The position numbers were made by a program, and so were the translations under genes. A stretch of DNA of 64,000 nt from Clostridia bacterium (GTDB lineage: Bacteria; Bacillota; Clostridia; TANB77; CAG-508): the NCBI GenBank assembly GCA_022792395.1, contig JAAWAX010000046.1:4513-68512 (forward strand), given 5' to 3'. This document shows, in pieces, positions 28,875-39,878 of this stretch (positions are counted from its first letter, which is position 1; every line of letters starts with the position of its first letter). The notes under the pieces are model-generated. The model worked only from the letters and a program-made list of their open reading frames with translations, was not told the DNA's origin and ran no database searches.

Positions 28875-30581
28875 ATGGTGAATTTCAAGCAAGAAATAGC
28901 AAATGTAATTGGAAAAATAATCAATTTAGATACAAAAGAATTAGAAAGTTATATAGAAATACCAAAAGATGTAAAAAATGGAGACTATGCTTTTCCATGT
29001 TTTCGACTTGCCAAAGAATTAAAAAAGGCACCTATGCAAATAGCAAGTGAAATAAAAGAAAAAATAGAAATAAATAATGAAATAATAGAAAAAGTAGAAG
29101 TATTAGGAGGATATCTAAATTTCTATATTAGTAAACAATTATTAACCAAAGATGTACTAACACAAATAGAAACAGAAACATATAAAAAAATAAAGATAGG
29201 AGAAGGAAAAAACATTGTTATCGATTATTCTTCCCCTAATATAGCAAAACCTTTTCATATAGGGCATTTACGTTCTACAGTAATAGGAGGGGCTTTATAT
29301 AATATCTACCAGTTTTTAGGTTACCATATAACGGGGGTAAACCATTTAGGAGATTATGGTACACAATTTGGAAAATTGATTGAAGGATATAAACTTTGGG
29401 GAGAAGAATATGAAATTGAAAAAGACCCCATCAATGAACTAACTAAAATTTATATTCGAATTAATCAAGCATGTAAAGAAGATGAAGATGTATTAAATCG
29501 ATGTCGAGATAACTTTAAAAAGCTAGAAGAAGGAGATAAGTATTGTACAGAAATTTGGGAAAAATTTAAAAACTTAAGTTTAAAAGAGTTCCAAAAAGTA
29601 TATGACTTGTTAGGAAGTCACTTTGATTCATGGAATGGAGAGGCTTTCTATTCTGACAAAATGCCAGAAGTAATAGAAATATTAGAGAAAACAGGAAAGA
29701 TAATAGAATCACAAGGAGCAAGAATTATTGATTTAGAAGAACAAGGAATTAATACACCATGTATCATTGAAAAATCAAATGGTTCAACCACCTATGCAAC
29801 AAGGGATTTAGCAGCTATTTTATATCGAGCAAGAACGTATGATTATGATAAATCTATTTATTTGACTTCTTATGAACAAGTATTACACTTTAAGCAAGTA
29901 TTTGAAGTAGCTAAACTATTAGGATTAGATGAAAAATATATCAAAGGGTTAACGCATATATCATTTGGAATGGTACTATTGCCAACTGGTAAGATGTCAA
30001 CTAGAGAAGGAAACATCATTAAATTAGAAGAATTACTAGAAGAAGCTGTTCAAAGGGCAGAAAAAATTATAGAAGAGAAAAGTCCAGATTTAGAAAACAA
30101 AAAAGAAGTTGCTAAAAAGGTAGGAATTGGAGCAGTTATTTTCAATGATTTAGCTAATAGTAGAATTAAAGATGAAATATTTGATTGGAATCAAATATTA
30201 AACTTCCAAGGAGAAACAGGACCATATATCCAATATACCTATGTAAGAACCAAAAGTGTACTAGAAAAAGTAGGATATTTACCAAAAGTAGAAGAAATAA
30301 AGATAGAAAATTTATTAGATGAATATTCACAAAATGTGATAAAAATAATTGATTCGTTTCAAGATACATTAGTACAAGTAACGAAAAAAGATGAACCATC
30401 TATTTTAGCAAGGTACTTAATTGATTTAGCCAAAGCTTTTAGTAGTTTTTATAATGAAAATAAAATTATGACAGAAGAAAAAGAGGTACAAGATGCAAGA
30501 ATTTATTTAACTTATAGTGTTAGCAAAATTTTAGAAATAGGGGCAAGATTACTAGGAATGGAAATGCCAGATAAAATGTAG
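28875..30581 (+). CDS. argS: arginine--tRNA ligase
   Basis: HIGH motif (PFHIGHLRST), anticodon-binding C-terminal domain, 568 aa. Confidence 0.9.
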   Translation: MVNFKQEIANVIGKIINLDTKELESYIEIPKDVKNGDYAFPCFRLAKELKKAPMQIASEIKEKIEINNEIIEKVEVLGGYLNFYISKQLLTKDVLTQIETETYKKIKIGEGKNIVIDYSSPNIAKPFHIGHLRSTVIGGALYNIYQFLGYHITGVNHLGDYGTQFGKLIEGYKLWGEEYEIEKDPINELTKIYIRINQACKEDEDVLNRCRDNFKKLEEGDKYCTEIWEKFKNLSLKEFQKVYDLLGSHFDSWNGEAFYSDKMPEVIEILEKTGKIIESQGARIIDLEEQGINTPCIIEKSNGSTTYATRDLAAILYRARTYDYDKSIYLTSYEQVLHFKQVFEVAKLLGLDEKYIKGLTHISFGMVLLPTGKMSTREGNIIKLEELLEEAVQRAEKIIEEKSPDLENKKEVAKKVGIGAVIFNDLANSRIKDEIFDWNQILNFQGETGPYIQYTYVRTKSVLEKVGYLPKVEEIKIENLLDEYSQNVIKIIDSFQDTLVQVTKKDEPSILARYLIDLAKAFSSFYNENKIMTEEKEVQDARIYLTYSVSKILEIGARLLGMEMPDKM

Positions 30582-30815
30582 TAGTTTTCATTTACTGTGT
30601 TGAGAGTACTTAAATAGTAATTAATCGACATTGACTCTAGAGAAGATTCTTATGAAAAAGGAAACAGAAGTGATTCAAATAATTAGTAATGACATTGTTT
30701 ATGAAAACAGGATATAACCAATAATATAGCTGGAAAATGAGAAAACAAGATACACATAAAGTAAGACATAATTAATAAATGAAACATAAAACTAAAAAAA
30801 TAGAAAAAGAAAAGG

Positions 30816-30844
30816 TTGCAAAAATTAACATAAAATGGTATAAT
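30816..30844 (+). promoter_or_regulatory. promoter of the polysaccharide locus (TTGCAA-17-TATAAT) with AGGAGG RBS at 30888
   Basis: Seen in the sequence. Confidence 0.55.
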
Positions 30845-30905
30845 GATAATGTTCGAAAAAAGAGGACAAGATATCATTCTAAAAAAATAGGAGGAAATAG
30901 AGAAA

Positions 30906-31552
30906 TGTATGTTAAAGTAAAAAGAGTAACAGATACAATATTAGCTATTATTCTATTAGTCATTTTTGCAATTCCAATGTTAATCACAGCAATTGCGATA
31001 AAAGCAGAAGATGGAGGGCCTATTATTTATAAGTCAAAACGTATGGGAAAAAATTTGAAAGTATTTAATGTTTATAAATTTAGATCGATGAAAACGCACA
31101 GAAAAGAACTTGAAAGTAAATTAAACCATGAAGATATGGTTACAAAAGTAGGAAAGTTTATTAGAAAGACCAGTTTAGATGAATTACCACAATTATTTAA
31201 TATTTTAAAAGGGGAAATGAGTTTTATTGGTCCTAGACCTTGGATACCAGAGTATTATGAATGGTTTACAGAAGAACATAAAAGAAGAGCAGAAGTATTG
31301 CCAGGAATTTCTGGTTTAGCACAAGTAAAAGGAAGAAATGGAATTAGTATTTTTAAAAAGTTAGAATATGATTTAGATTATGTAAAAAATGCTAGTTTAA
31401 AACAAGATGCAAAACTATTTTTTGAAACCGTAAAAGTAGTAGTAACGGAAGCAAATGCAGAAATTACAGAGACTGGAATCAAAGAGGAAATTAATGAGTT
31501 AAAAGAAAATCATTATTTATACATAACACACCCATATAAAGAAGCTATATAA
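30906..31552 (+). CDS. undecaprenyl-phosphate sugar phosphotransferase (bacterial sugar transferase, WbaP C-terminal-domain type; initiating enzyme)
   Basis: Single TM helix followed by KRMGKNLKVFNVYKFRSM ... GPRPW. The ORF-track N-terminal extension (from 30779) lacks an RBS and is rejected. Confidence 0.8.
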
Positions 31553-31566
31553 GGGAAAGATAAAAG

Positions 31567-32760
31567 ATGAAGAAAATAATATTTTTAATACATACTTTAG
31601 GTGTTGGGGGAGCAGAGAAAGTATTAGTGAATTTAGTGAATAATATGGATGCGACTAAATATGATATTACAGTAATGACAGTAATAAATACAGGAGCTTT
31701 TATTGAAAAACTAAATCCAAATATAAAATATAGATACATGTTTAGCTTGCCGAATTTTTTTAAGGGAAAAAAATCTCAAAAGGAAAATTCGGGAAGCTTA
31801 TTGAATAAAGAAAGTATATTGAAAAGTGTACTTTCTAAATTGTATACTTTTATATGGAGACATTTACAATGTAAAAAAATATATCAAAGATATATCAAAG
31901 AAGAATATGATTATGAAGTTGCTTTTTTAGAAGGAATACCTGCTAAAATTATTTCACAATCTACGAACCAACAATCTGTTAAAATTAGTTGGATTCATGT
32001 TGATTTAATAGAAGAAACAAAAAGTGAAAAATTTTTTAGAAGTTTACAAGATGAAAATGATACTTATCAGAAGTTCAATCAAATTGTTGCTGTATCAGAA
32101 ATTGTAAGAGAACAATTTATTAAAAAGTTTTTATTTGATAAAGAAAAGGTAATTATAAAATACAATCCAAATGATGATAGGGAAATTAGAAAAAAAGCAC
32201 AAGAAACTGTTGATGATAAGAAAAATGAAAAACAGTTTTTAATTTGTACAGTAGGAAGACTAACAGCACAAAAAGGCTATGATAGATTAGTAAGAATTGC
32301 AAAAAGACTAGCAGATAACAATATAAACTACAAATTATGGATAATTGGAGTTGGTCCCAATGATGAAACCTTAAAAAAGTATGTACAAGACAATAAACTA
32401 GAGGGTAGAGTTAAATTTTTAGGATATCAAGAAAATCCATATAAATATATAAAACAAGCAGATTTATTTGTTTGTTCTTCTAGAGCAGAAGGATATAGTA
32501 CAGTAGTTTCAGAAGCATGTATTTTAGGAGTTCCTACCGTTACTACTAATTGTTCTGGAATGGAAGAGATTTTGGGGAAAGAAAATGAATATGGAAAAAT
32601 TGTAGAGAACAATGAAGAAGCTTTATATAAAGGAATTTATGAAATGATAACCAATAAACAATTATATGAAACTTATAAAAATAAAATTATGATTCAACCT
32701 GCATTTGTTCAAAATTTATCAGAATCAGTTAAACAAATAGAAGAGATTTTTAATAAATAG
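31567..32760 (+). CDS. glycosyltransferase family 4 (GT-B)
   Basis: C-terminal EGYSTVVSEACILGVPTVTTNCSGMEEIL carries the GT4 E-x7-E motif. Confidence 0.8.
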   Translation: MKKIIFLIHTLGVGGAEKVLVNLVNNMDATKYDITVMTVINTGAFIEKLNPNIKYRYMFSLPNFFKGKKSQKENSGSLLNKESILKSVLSKLYTFIWRHLQCKKIYQRYIKEEYDYEVAFLEGIPAKIISQSTNQQSVKISWIHVDLIEETKSEKFFRSLQDENDTYQKFNQIVAVSEIVREQFIKKFLFDKEKVIIKYNPNDDREIRKKAQETVDDKKNEKQFLICTVGRLTAQKGYDRLVRIAKRLADNNINYKLWIIGVGPNDETLKKYVQDNKLEGRVKFLGYQENPYKYIKQADLFVCSSRAEGYSTVVSEACILGVPTVTTNCSGMEEILGKENEYGKIVENNEEALYKGIYEMITNKQLYETYKNKIMIQPAFVQNLSESVKQIEEIFNK

Positions 32761-32768
32761 GAGAAAAA

Positions 32769-33800
32769 ATGAAAAAAGAACTTGTGAGTATAATTGTTCC
32801 TGTATATAATGGAGAAAAATATATAGAAAAATGTATTGAATCTATCAATAAGCAAACTTACAAAGAGATAGAAATAATTGTCATTAATGATGGTTCAACA
32901 GACAAAACAAAAGAAATATTAGAAGAGATTAGTATGAAACAAAAAAATATGACTATTCTTAATAAAAAAGAAAATAAAGGAACCGCAATATGTAAGAATA
33001 TAGGAATACAACATAGTAAAGGAAAGTACATTTTTTTTGTAGATTCAGATGATACTATAACGGAAGATGCGATAAACAAAATGTTAAATTTATTGAAAAA
33101 GAATAATGGAGATGCTATCAGAACAACATATAGATTTGATTATAATGGTAAAATTGTTAAGGGAAATGAAAAGATTGAAAATATAGCTTTTGCACAAAAT
33201 AGGAAAGTAGAGTTAATACAAAAATTTTTATTAGATCAAATACATGGATTTTGTTCAGGAGTTTTCTTATTAAAAAAAGATATTATCATAAAAAATAATA
33301 TAAGATTTAAAGAAGATATGACAATTATGGAGGACTTTATTTTTTTATTGGAAATCATAAAAAATAGCAATGTTATAGTCACATCAGATTTAGTAACTTT
33401 ATATTATTATCAAAACAATGCTGGATTAACAAAATCTTACCAAGATATTGAAAAAAGATGGTATAATATAAAAGTAAGATTAGATTATACCATAAAAATA
33501 ATACAAAAATATAAATCTTTAGAAAAATATCAAGAGGATAGTATTCGATATTTAGTATCCATGTATATAAAATCTACAAAATATATTTTTCTAAAAAAAG
33601 TAGATATACAAGAAGAAAGACAAAACGTAAAGAACTTAAAAAAAAATGTGAATGATTTAATAAATGGGTATCAGATAGATACTAACAAATTTAATTTGAT
33701 TTGTAAAATAATTTATTATTTTTTAAATAAAGAGAAAACAAAAAGTTTGCATATTATGTTTGGAGTTTTAGATAAAGTAGAAAGAATTAGAAATAGATAA
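32769..33800 (+). CDS. glycosyltransferase family 2 (GT-A)
   Basis: VSIIVPVYNGEKYIEKCIESINKQTYKEIEIIVINDGSTD, DSDD (DxD). Confidence 0.8.
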   Translation: MKKELVSIIVPVYNGEKYIEKCIESINKQTYKEIEIIVINDGSTDKTKEILEEISMKQKNMTILNKKENKGTAICKNIGIQHSKGKYIFFVDSDDTITEDAINKMLNLLKKNNGDAIRTTYRFDYNGKIVKGNEKIENIAFAQNRKVELIQKFLLDQIHGFCSGVFLLKKDIIIKNNIRFKEDMTIMEDFIFLLEIIKNSNVIVTSDLVTLYYYQNNAGLTKSYQDIEKRWYNIKVRLDYTIKIIQKYKSLEKYQEDSIRYLVSMYIKSTKYIFLKKVDIQEERQNVKNLKKNVNDLINGYQIDTNKFNLICKIIYYFLNKEKTKSLHIMFGVLDKVERIRNR

Positions 33801-33811
33801 GAAGGATAATC

Positions 33812-34969
33812 ATGAAAAAAGTAAAAAAAGTATTGAAATTTATTTGGGCTTCTATCATGATGATAATAGCAAATATTATCAATTTGTTTTTCGAAAAAAA
33901 AAGGAAAAAAATTTGGTTGATAGCTGAACAAAGAAACATGGCAAGAGATAATGGAATAGCCTTTTATCATTATTGCAAAGAAAATACCAATCATGAAGTT
34001 TATTATTTGATTAACAAAAAGTCAAGTGATTATAAAGGTATTAAATATAAAGATAATGTGATACAATATGGAAGCTTAAAACATTATAGATACTATTTAA
34101 AAGCTAGTATATTAATAACTTGTTTTGAAGGAACTACTTGTCCAAGTTATTTATTAGAGAAAATATTACAAAAGTATAAAATATTAAAAGCAAAACAAGT
34201 ATTTTTACAACATGGTATTATCAAAGATTATATAGAGGAATTAACCTATTTGAATTATAAACCAGATCTTTTTATTACATCGACTAAACCAGAATATGAA
34301 TATATAGCCCATCATTATGGTCATCCTAAAGGAGTAGTTCAGTTAACAGGTCTTGCTAGATATGACCATTTAGTAAATTTAAGCAATCATAATAAAGTAA
34401 AAATATTAATTATGCCAACTTGGAGAAGATGGGTTACTAATAATTTTGAAACTACAGAATTCTATAAAAATTATATAGACTTAATGAAGAGAATCCAAGA
34501 AAAATATAATTCCCAATATACTATTTTATTTTATCTACATAGTAATTTTCAAAAATATAGTTGTTATTTTCAAAAATTCAAAAATATTAAAATTTTAATG
34601 GCGAATGATTACAAAGTAGATCAATTATTAAAAGAGAGTAATTTATTAATTACAGATTATTCTAGTGTTGCTTTTGATTTTGCCTATTTGTGCAAACCAA
34701 TTATTTATTTTCAATTTGATTATGAAAAAATAAGAAAGCAACATTATCAAGAAGGTTATTTTAATTATCAAAACAATGGTTTTGGACCTATTGTATTCCA
34801 AGCAAGAGATGTTGTGAAGGAAATTGAAAAATGTGAAGATAATAAATTCAATAATTCTGAACAATATATAAATAGGATTAACCAAACTTTTACATTTAAA
34901 GATAATCATAATTGTGAAAGAATTCTAAAGAAAATTGAAGAAATCGAAGGAGAAAAATACAAATGTTAA
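33812..34969 (+). CDS. CDP-glycerol glycerophosphotransferase family protein (TagB/TagF-like)
   Basis: LITDYSSVAFDFAYLCKPIIYF matches the TagF active-site region LITDYSSVFFDY ... . Confidence 0.7.
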   Translation: MKKVKKVLKFIWASIMMIIANIINLFFEKKRKKIWLIAEQRNMARDNGIAFYHYCKENTNHEVYYLINKKSSDYKGIKYKDNVIQYGSLKHYRYYLKASILITCFEGTTCPSYLLEKILQKYKILKAKQVFLQHGIIKDYIEELTYLNYKPDLFITSTKPEYEYIAHHYGHPKGVVQLTGLARYDHLVNLSNHNKVKILIMPTWRRWVTNNFETTEFYKNYIDLMKRIQEKYNSQYTILFYLHSNFQKYSCYFQKFKNIKILMANDYKVDQLLKESNLLITDYSSVAFDFAYLCKPIIYFQFDYEKIRKQHYQEGYFNYQNNGFGPIVFQARDVVKEIEKCEDNKFNNSEQYINRINQTFTFKDNHNCERILKKIEEIEGEKYKC

Positions 34970-36069
34970 AAGCTATGATTTTAGAACTAATATTCTATAT
35001 TATAGGGTATATTATATTTATTGCATGTAATTTATTGTTATATAAAATGATAAAAAATAAAAGAGTAGCAAGATTATTAATTATAGTGTCTCTTATTCTT
35101 TATGCTGCTATTAGATATAATGTAGGTTCTGATTATGATACTTATTATAAACAATACAATAATATTGAAAATTATTTTTCTTCGGTAGAAGAAGTTGTGA
35201 CTTCAGATATACAATTTGCTTTTACATTACTTATGTTTCTTACTAAAAAATATATTATCAACGAATTTGCTATTTTTACAGTAGTAGCTATTATGATTTA
35301 TCCAACTACTGTTAATGCCATAAAAAAATATACTACTAATTTTTTAGAATCCTTGTTTTTGTATTTTTCTTTAGGATTTCATTTAGTGTCCTTAAATATA
35401 TTAAAACAAGTAATATCTATGACAATATTGTTAGAAGGATTTAAAAATATTGTTGAGAAAAAATATTTTAAGATTATCATTATGACAACTATTATGATGA
35501 TTTTTCATATATCTGCCATTATACCAATTCTAATTTTTATGATAGCGCATTTTATAAAACCGACAAATAGAAAATTGTTTATTAGTGTTATCGTGTCTAT
35601 GTTGCTATTAGTTACCTATAAAAGTTTATTAAGTATTTCTATTTTTAGTAGATATGCGATTTATTTAACAGAAATTAATAAAGATTATTTTATTGTAATA
35701 ATAGGGGCAATTGGCTATTTTATATTTAACACAATTTTATTATATATGTTATTAAGGAAGAAAGAAAAGCTAATTAAAAATAATCCACAAAATAAAATAA
35801 TTTTATCGGCTTTAATATTGTCAATTCCAATAAAAGTATTAGGAATTGATAATTTCCCTATTTATAGAATGTCTTTATATATAGACCAATTTCTAATATT
35901 TGTTATACCAGATTTATTAAAGATACAGATAGAAGAAAAAGGAATTGAAAGATATAAAAAGAATTATTTAGTATATTTTTTAATTATGATAATGTGGTTA
36001 ATTTTCTCTATTGTATTTTTAGCACATAACAATTTTTATACTTATACTACCATATTTAATATTGAGTAA
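34963..36069 (+). CDS. EpsG-family polysaccharide polymerase (Wzy-like) membrane protein
   Basis: Multi-TM protein with the EpsG signature RYNVGSDYDTY near the N-terminus. Confidence 0.65.
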   Translation: MLKAMILELIFYIIGYIIFIACNLLLYKMIKNKRVARLLIIVSLILYAAIRYNVGSDYDTYYKQYNNIENYFSSVEEVVTSDIQFAFTLLMFLTKKYIINEFAIFTVVAIMIYPTTVNAIKKYTTNFLESLFLYFSLGFHLVSLNILKQVISMTILLEGFKNIVEKKYFKIIIMTTIMMIFHISAIIPILIFMIAHFIKPTNRKLFISVIVSMLLLVTYKSLLSISIFSRYAIYLTEINKDYFIVIIGAIGYFIFNTILLYMLLRKKEKLIKNNPQNKIILSALILSIPIKVLGIDNFPIYRMSLYIDQFLIFVIPDLLKIQIEEKGIERYKKNYLVYFLIMIMWLIFSIVFLAHNNFYTYTTIFNIE

Positions 36070-36082
36070 CAGGAGAGAATAA

Positions 36083-37618
36083 ATGAGAACAGAAAATTCT
36101 ATTAAAAATTTAATCTATGCATTTGTAGGGCAAGCGATTGGAATTGTCGTAAGCTTAATTACTAGATTTATATTTATTAGATTTTTGTCACAAGAATATT
36201 TAGGAATTGATGGGTTATTTACTAATATATTATCTATCTTAAGTTTAGTGGAACTGGGAATTGGACCAGCTATGACATTTAGTTTATACAAACCATTAGC
36301 AGAAAAAGATGAAAAGAAAATAAGTGCATTAATGAACTTATACAAAAATTCCTATAATATAGTCGGAGGATTAATCATTGTAATAGGTATTCTGATAATG
36401 CCTTTATTACCACTATTTATAAATGAAATGCCTAATATAAACAATACTAATGCTATTTATATTTTATTTGTATTAAATTCAGGATTTTCTTATTTTTATG
36501 CTTATAAAAGATCTTTGATTATTGCAGATCAAAAGAAATATGTAGCAACTTTTTATCGTTATTTATTTTATGTGATTTTAAATATTTGTCAAATTATTAT
36601 ATTAATAATTACGAAAAATTATATACTATTTTTAGTATTGCAAATTCTATTTACGGTAATAGAAAATATAGCAATATCAAAAAAGACACATAAATTATAT
36701 CCTTTCTTAAAAAATAACAAAAAGGAAAAAGTAGAAAAGAAAACAAGAAAAGAAATTTCTAAAAACATGACTGCTATGACAATACATAAAATAGGAGGAG
36801 TAGTAGTAAAATCAACAGACAACATAATTTTATCTAAATTTGTTGGACTAACACAAGTTGCTATTTACTCCAATTATTATTTAATTATTAATGCTGTAAA
36901 TACGGTTTTAATGCAAGTATTTAATTCTATAACAGCAAGTGTTGGAAATTTAAATGTAACAGGAAGTAAGAAAAAATTAAAGGAAGTATTTGACAAAGTA
37001 TTTTTTGTTAATTTTTGGATTTATAGTGTTTCTTCAATATGCCTATATATTTTATTAAATCATTTTATTAAATTATGGGTAGGAGAAAATTATTTGTTTA
37101 GTTGGGAGATTATAACAATCATTGTAATTAATTTCTATTTAACAGGGATGAGAAATACAGTTCTTACTTATAGAGATGCATTAGGACTGTATTGGCAAGA
37201 TAGATATAAAGCAATTTTTGAATCTATTATCAATATAATAGCTTCTATTGTATTGGTTAAAATATTTGATACATTTGGCGTGTTTTTAGGAACTTTTATA
37301 AGTTCTGTTACTACTTGCTTATGGATAGAACCATATATTCTATATAAATACGGTTTGAAAGAAAAGGTATCAAAATATTTTCTGAAATTTTTTGTATACA
37401 CAGTTATATTTATTATAGTAGGACTTATTACTTATAGTGTTTCAAATTTCTTGATACAGATACAAACAATAGGAGGTTTATTGGGAAAGATAATTATTTG
37501 TATATTAATTCCTAATATTTTATACATTTGTATATTTGCAAAAACAAGGGAATTTAGTTACTATCAAGATATGTTAAAAAATATTTTTGAAAAGTTTATG
37601 CACAACAAAGAATGTTAA
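36083..37618 (+). CDS. Wzx-type oligosaccharide flippase (polysaccharide biosynthesis protein, MOP superfamily), paralog 1
   Basis: About 12-14 TM helices. N-terminal SIKNLIYAFVGQ ... LGIDGLFTNILS motif shared with the downstream paralog. Confidence 0.7.
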   Translation: MRTENSIKNLIYAFVGQAIGIVVSLITRFIFIRFLSQEYLGIDGLFTNILSILSLVELGIGPAMTFSLYKPLAEKDEKKISALMNLYKNSYNIVGGLIIVIGILIMPLLPLFINEMPNINNTNAIYILFVLNSGFSYFYAYKRSLIIADQKKYVATFYRYLFYVILNICQIIILIITKNYILFLVLQILFTVIENIAISKKTHKLYPFLKNNKKEKVEKKTRKEISKNMTAMTIHKIGGVVVKSTDNIILSKFVGLTQVAIYSNYYLIINAVNTVLMQVFNSITASVGNLNVTGSKKKLKEVFDKVFFVNFWIYSVSSICLYILLNHFIKLWVGENYLFSWEIITIIVINFYLTGMRNTVLTYRDALGLYWQDRYKAIFESIINIIASIVLVKIFDTFGVFLGTFISSVTTCLWIEPYILYKYGLKEKVSKYFLKFFVYTVIFIIVGLITYSVSNFLIQIQTIGGLLGKIIICILIPNILYICIFAKTREFSYYQDMLKNIFEKFMHNKEC

Positions 37619-37651
37619 ATATACAAATAAAAAAATTAATGAGGAGATAAA

Positions 37652-39169
37652 ATGCGTTCAACCAACTCAATCAAAAATGTAGTAGTAGCAACAGTTATGA
37701 ATTTAGTAATTGTGCTAATAGGGTTTGTGGCACAAAGAATCTTTTTACAAACTTTAGGAACAGAATATTTAGGAATTAATGGCTTATTTACCAATATCCT
37801 TTCTATGTTAGGTATCATAGAATTAGGATTAGGTTCTGCTATTATTTATCATTTGTATCAACCAATTGCAGAAGATAACAAAAGCAAGATAAAATCCTTA
37901 ATGTTATTCTACAAAGTAGGTTATAGAGTAATTGGTTTTATCATTGCCATTCTAGGATTATTGCTAATTCCATTTTTACATTTCATAGTAGGAGAAGTTA
38001 GTATTCCAGAAAATATTATCTACATTTATCTATTATTTTTAATTGATATTGTAGCATCCTATTTGTTGACTTATAAAAGATCTATTCTTTATGCAAACCA
38101 AAAAACTTATGTTATAAATATAATACACATAGGCTATTTAATTGTAATGAATGTTACACAATTAGCTATATTAGTGCTAACTAAAAATTATATTGCCTAT
38201 TTATGGATAAAAATAATATGTCGCATATTAGAAAATGTTGTGATTACTTTAATTGCTAATTATATGTATCCTTATATTAAAGACAAACAAATAGAGCCAT
38301 TAGATAGAAAGTTAAGAAAAAGTATTTTTACAAAAGTAAAAGGATTAATCTATCACAAAATTGGTAGTTTTATTGTGTTAGGAACTGATAATATTCTTAT
38401 TTCTTCTTTTTTAGGCATAGTAACAGTAGGATTGTATTCGAACTATAATCTAATAATAGCAACTTTAAATAATTTGTTTTCGCAAGTATTTAATTCCATT
38501 ACAGCTAGTGTTGGAAATTTATTAGTAGAAAATGATAGAAAGAAATCTTACTTTATCTATAAAAATATTTTGTTTTTTAACTCATGGATATATGCTTTTG
38601 CTTGCACAGGATTGTTGTGTGTCATGGAACCATTTATTAAAGTATGGATAGGAAGCGAATATCTATTATCTTTTGGTGTTTTAATTGCATTAGTAATCAA
38701 TTTCTATTTTCAAGGAATGAGAAAAACATGTAATACCTTTAAAGAAGCGGCAGGAATTTTCTATGAAGACAGATATGTAGCTGTATTAGAATCCATTGTT
38801 AATATTGTGGCATCTATTGTTTTTATAAAAATATTTGGATTAATAGGGGTGTTCATAGGAACGATTATTAGTACATTTGTCTTATTCTTTTATGGTTATC
38901 CGAAATTTGTATATAAACCCTTGTTTGAAAGAACGTATTTACAATATATAAAAGATTACATTCCTTATATAATGGGAACTATTTTATCAGTAGTCATTAC
39001 TTATTTTGCTATTTCTTATATACACATGAATAATCCTATTTTACAAATTGTTATGAACATCATTTTGGTAGGTATTATTCCGAATACCATTCATACAGTA
39101 TTATTCTATAAAACAGAGCAATTTAAATATTATAAGGAATTATTTGTAAAAATGATAAAAAGAAAATAA
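37652..39169 (+). CDS. Wzx-type oligosaccharide flippase, paralog 2
   Basis: Collinear with the upstream gene (SIKNVVVATVMN ... LGINGLFTNILS ... ITASVGNL). Confidence 0.7.
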   Translation: MRSTNSIKNVVVATVMNLVIVLIGFVAQRIFLQTLGTEYLGINGLFTNILSMLGIIELGLGSAIIYHLYQPIAEDNKSKIKSLMLFYKVGYRVIGFIIAILGLLLIPFLHFIVGEVSIPENIIYIYLLFLIDIVASYLLTYKRSILYANQKTYVINIIHIGYLIVMNVTQLAILVLTKNYIAYLWIKIICRILENVVITLIANYMYPYIKDKQIEPLDRKLRKSIFTKVKGLIYHKIGSFIVLGTDNILISSFLGIVTVGLYSNYNLIIATLNNLFSQVFNSITASVGNLLVENDRKKSYFIYKNILFFNSWIYAFACTGLLCVMEPFIKVWIGSEYLLSFGVLIALVINFYFQGMRKTCNTFKEAAGIFYEDRYVAVLESIVNIVASIVFIKIFGLIGVFIGTIISTFVLFFYGYPKFVYKPLFERTYLQYIKDYIPYIMGTILSVVITYFAISYIHMNNPILQIVMNIILVGIIPNTIHTVLFYKTEQFKYYKELFVKMIKRK

Positions 39170-39193
39170 AAGTAATGAAGAGGGAGGCGAAAA

Positions 39194-39685
39194 ATGAAAG
39201 TAAATACGATAAGAATAGTGCTTCTGTTTCTCTTGTTAGCCAATTTTTCAATCATATTTATGTTTTCTAATCAAAATTCTGAAGAATCAGGGAATATAAG
39301 TAGTAAAATTGCAAGAATGGTGGAACAAAAAACAGAAAAAGCAATCGAAGAGAAAGAAGAAAGTGTAGGAAGAACAGAGAAGGTAATACGTAAAATAGCA
39401 CATTTTTCTATTTATACTTCGCTTGGTTTTTTATTAATGGCTTTTGTAAGCACCTATGCGTTAACACAAAGAAAAAGAATTTTAGTAAGTTTAAGTATTG
39501 GTGTTTTGTATGCCATTTCAGATGAAATACATCAAATATTTGTACCAGGAAGAGCTTCTCAAATAACAGATGTTATGTTAGATTCTATGGGAATTTTATT
39601 TGGAATATTGGTAGTTTTAATGATATTGAAAATCAAGCAAAAAATAAAGAATAAAAACAATAAATTAGTTGAAAAACATGGATAA
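39194..39685 (+). CDS. VanZ-family membrane protein
   Basis: ISDEIHQIFVPGRASQITDVMLDSMGILFG is the VanZ-like motif. Confidence 0.65.
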   Translation: MKVNTIRIVLLFLLLANFSIIFMFSNQNSEESGNISSKIARMVEQKTEKAIEEKEESVGRTEKVIRKIAHFSIYTSLGFLLMAFVSTYALTQRKRILVSLSIGVLYAISDEIHQIFVPGRASQITDVMLDSMGILFGILVVLMILKIKQKIKNKNNKLVEKHG

Positions 39686-39878
39686 ATATGTTAAAATACA
39701 AACATAATTTATCTATGTTTTTTGTTAGGAAGGATAGATAAAAATTTTATTCTAATTTGCGATTTTTATTCCAAACAATTTATATCATAATTTATTTTAT
39801 TTCCAATATTTTTATAAAGCAAAGAAGTATGATAGTAAATAGATATAAATAATCCATTAAAAGGAAGGAGAAAAACTT

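Noticed and set aside
30779-30905. N-terminal extension of the sugar transferase ORF (start at 30779)
   Set aside because: The extension overlaps the -35/-10 promoter elements. The AGGAGG RBS sits at 30888, just before the ATG at 30906, and the sugar-transferase fold begins with the TM helix after that ATG.
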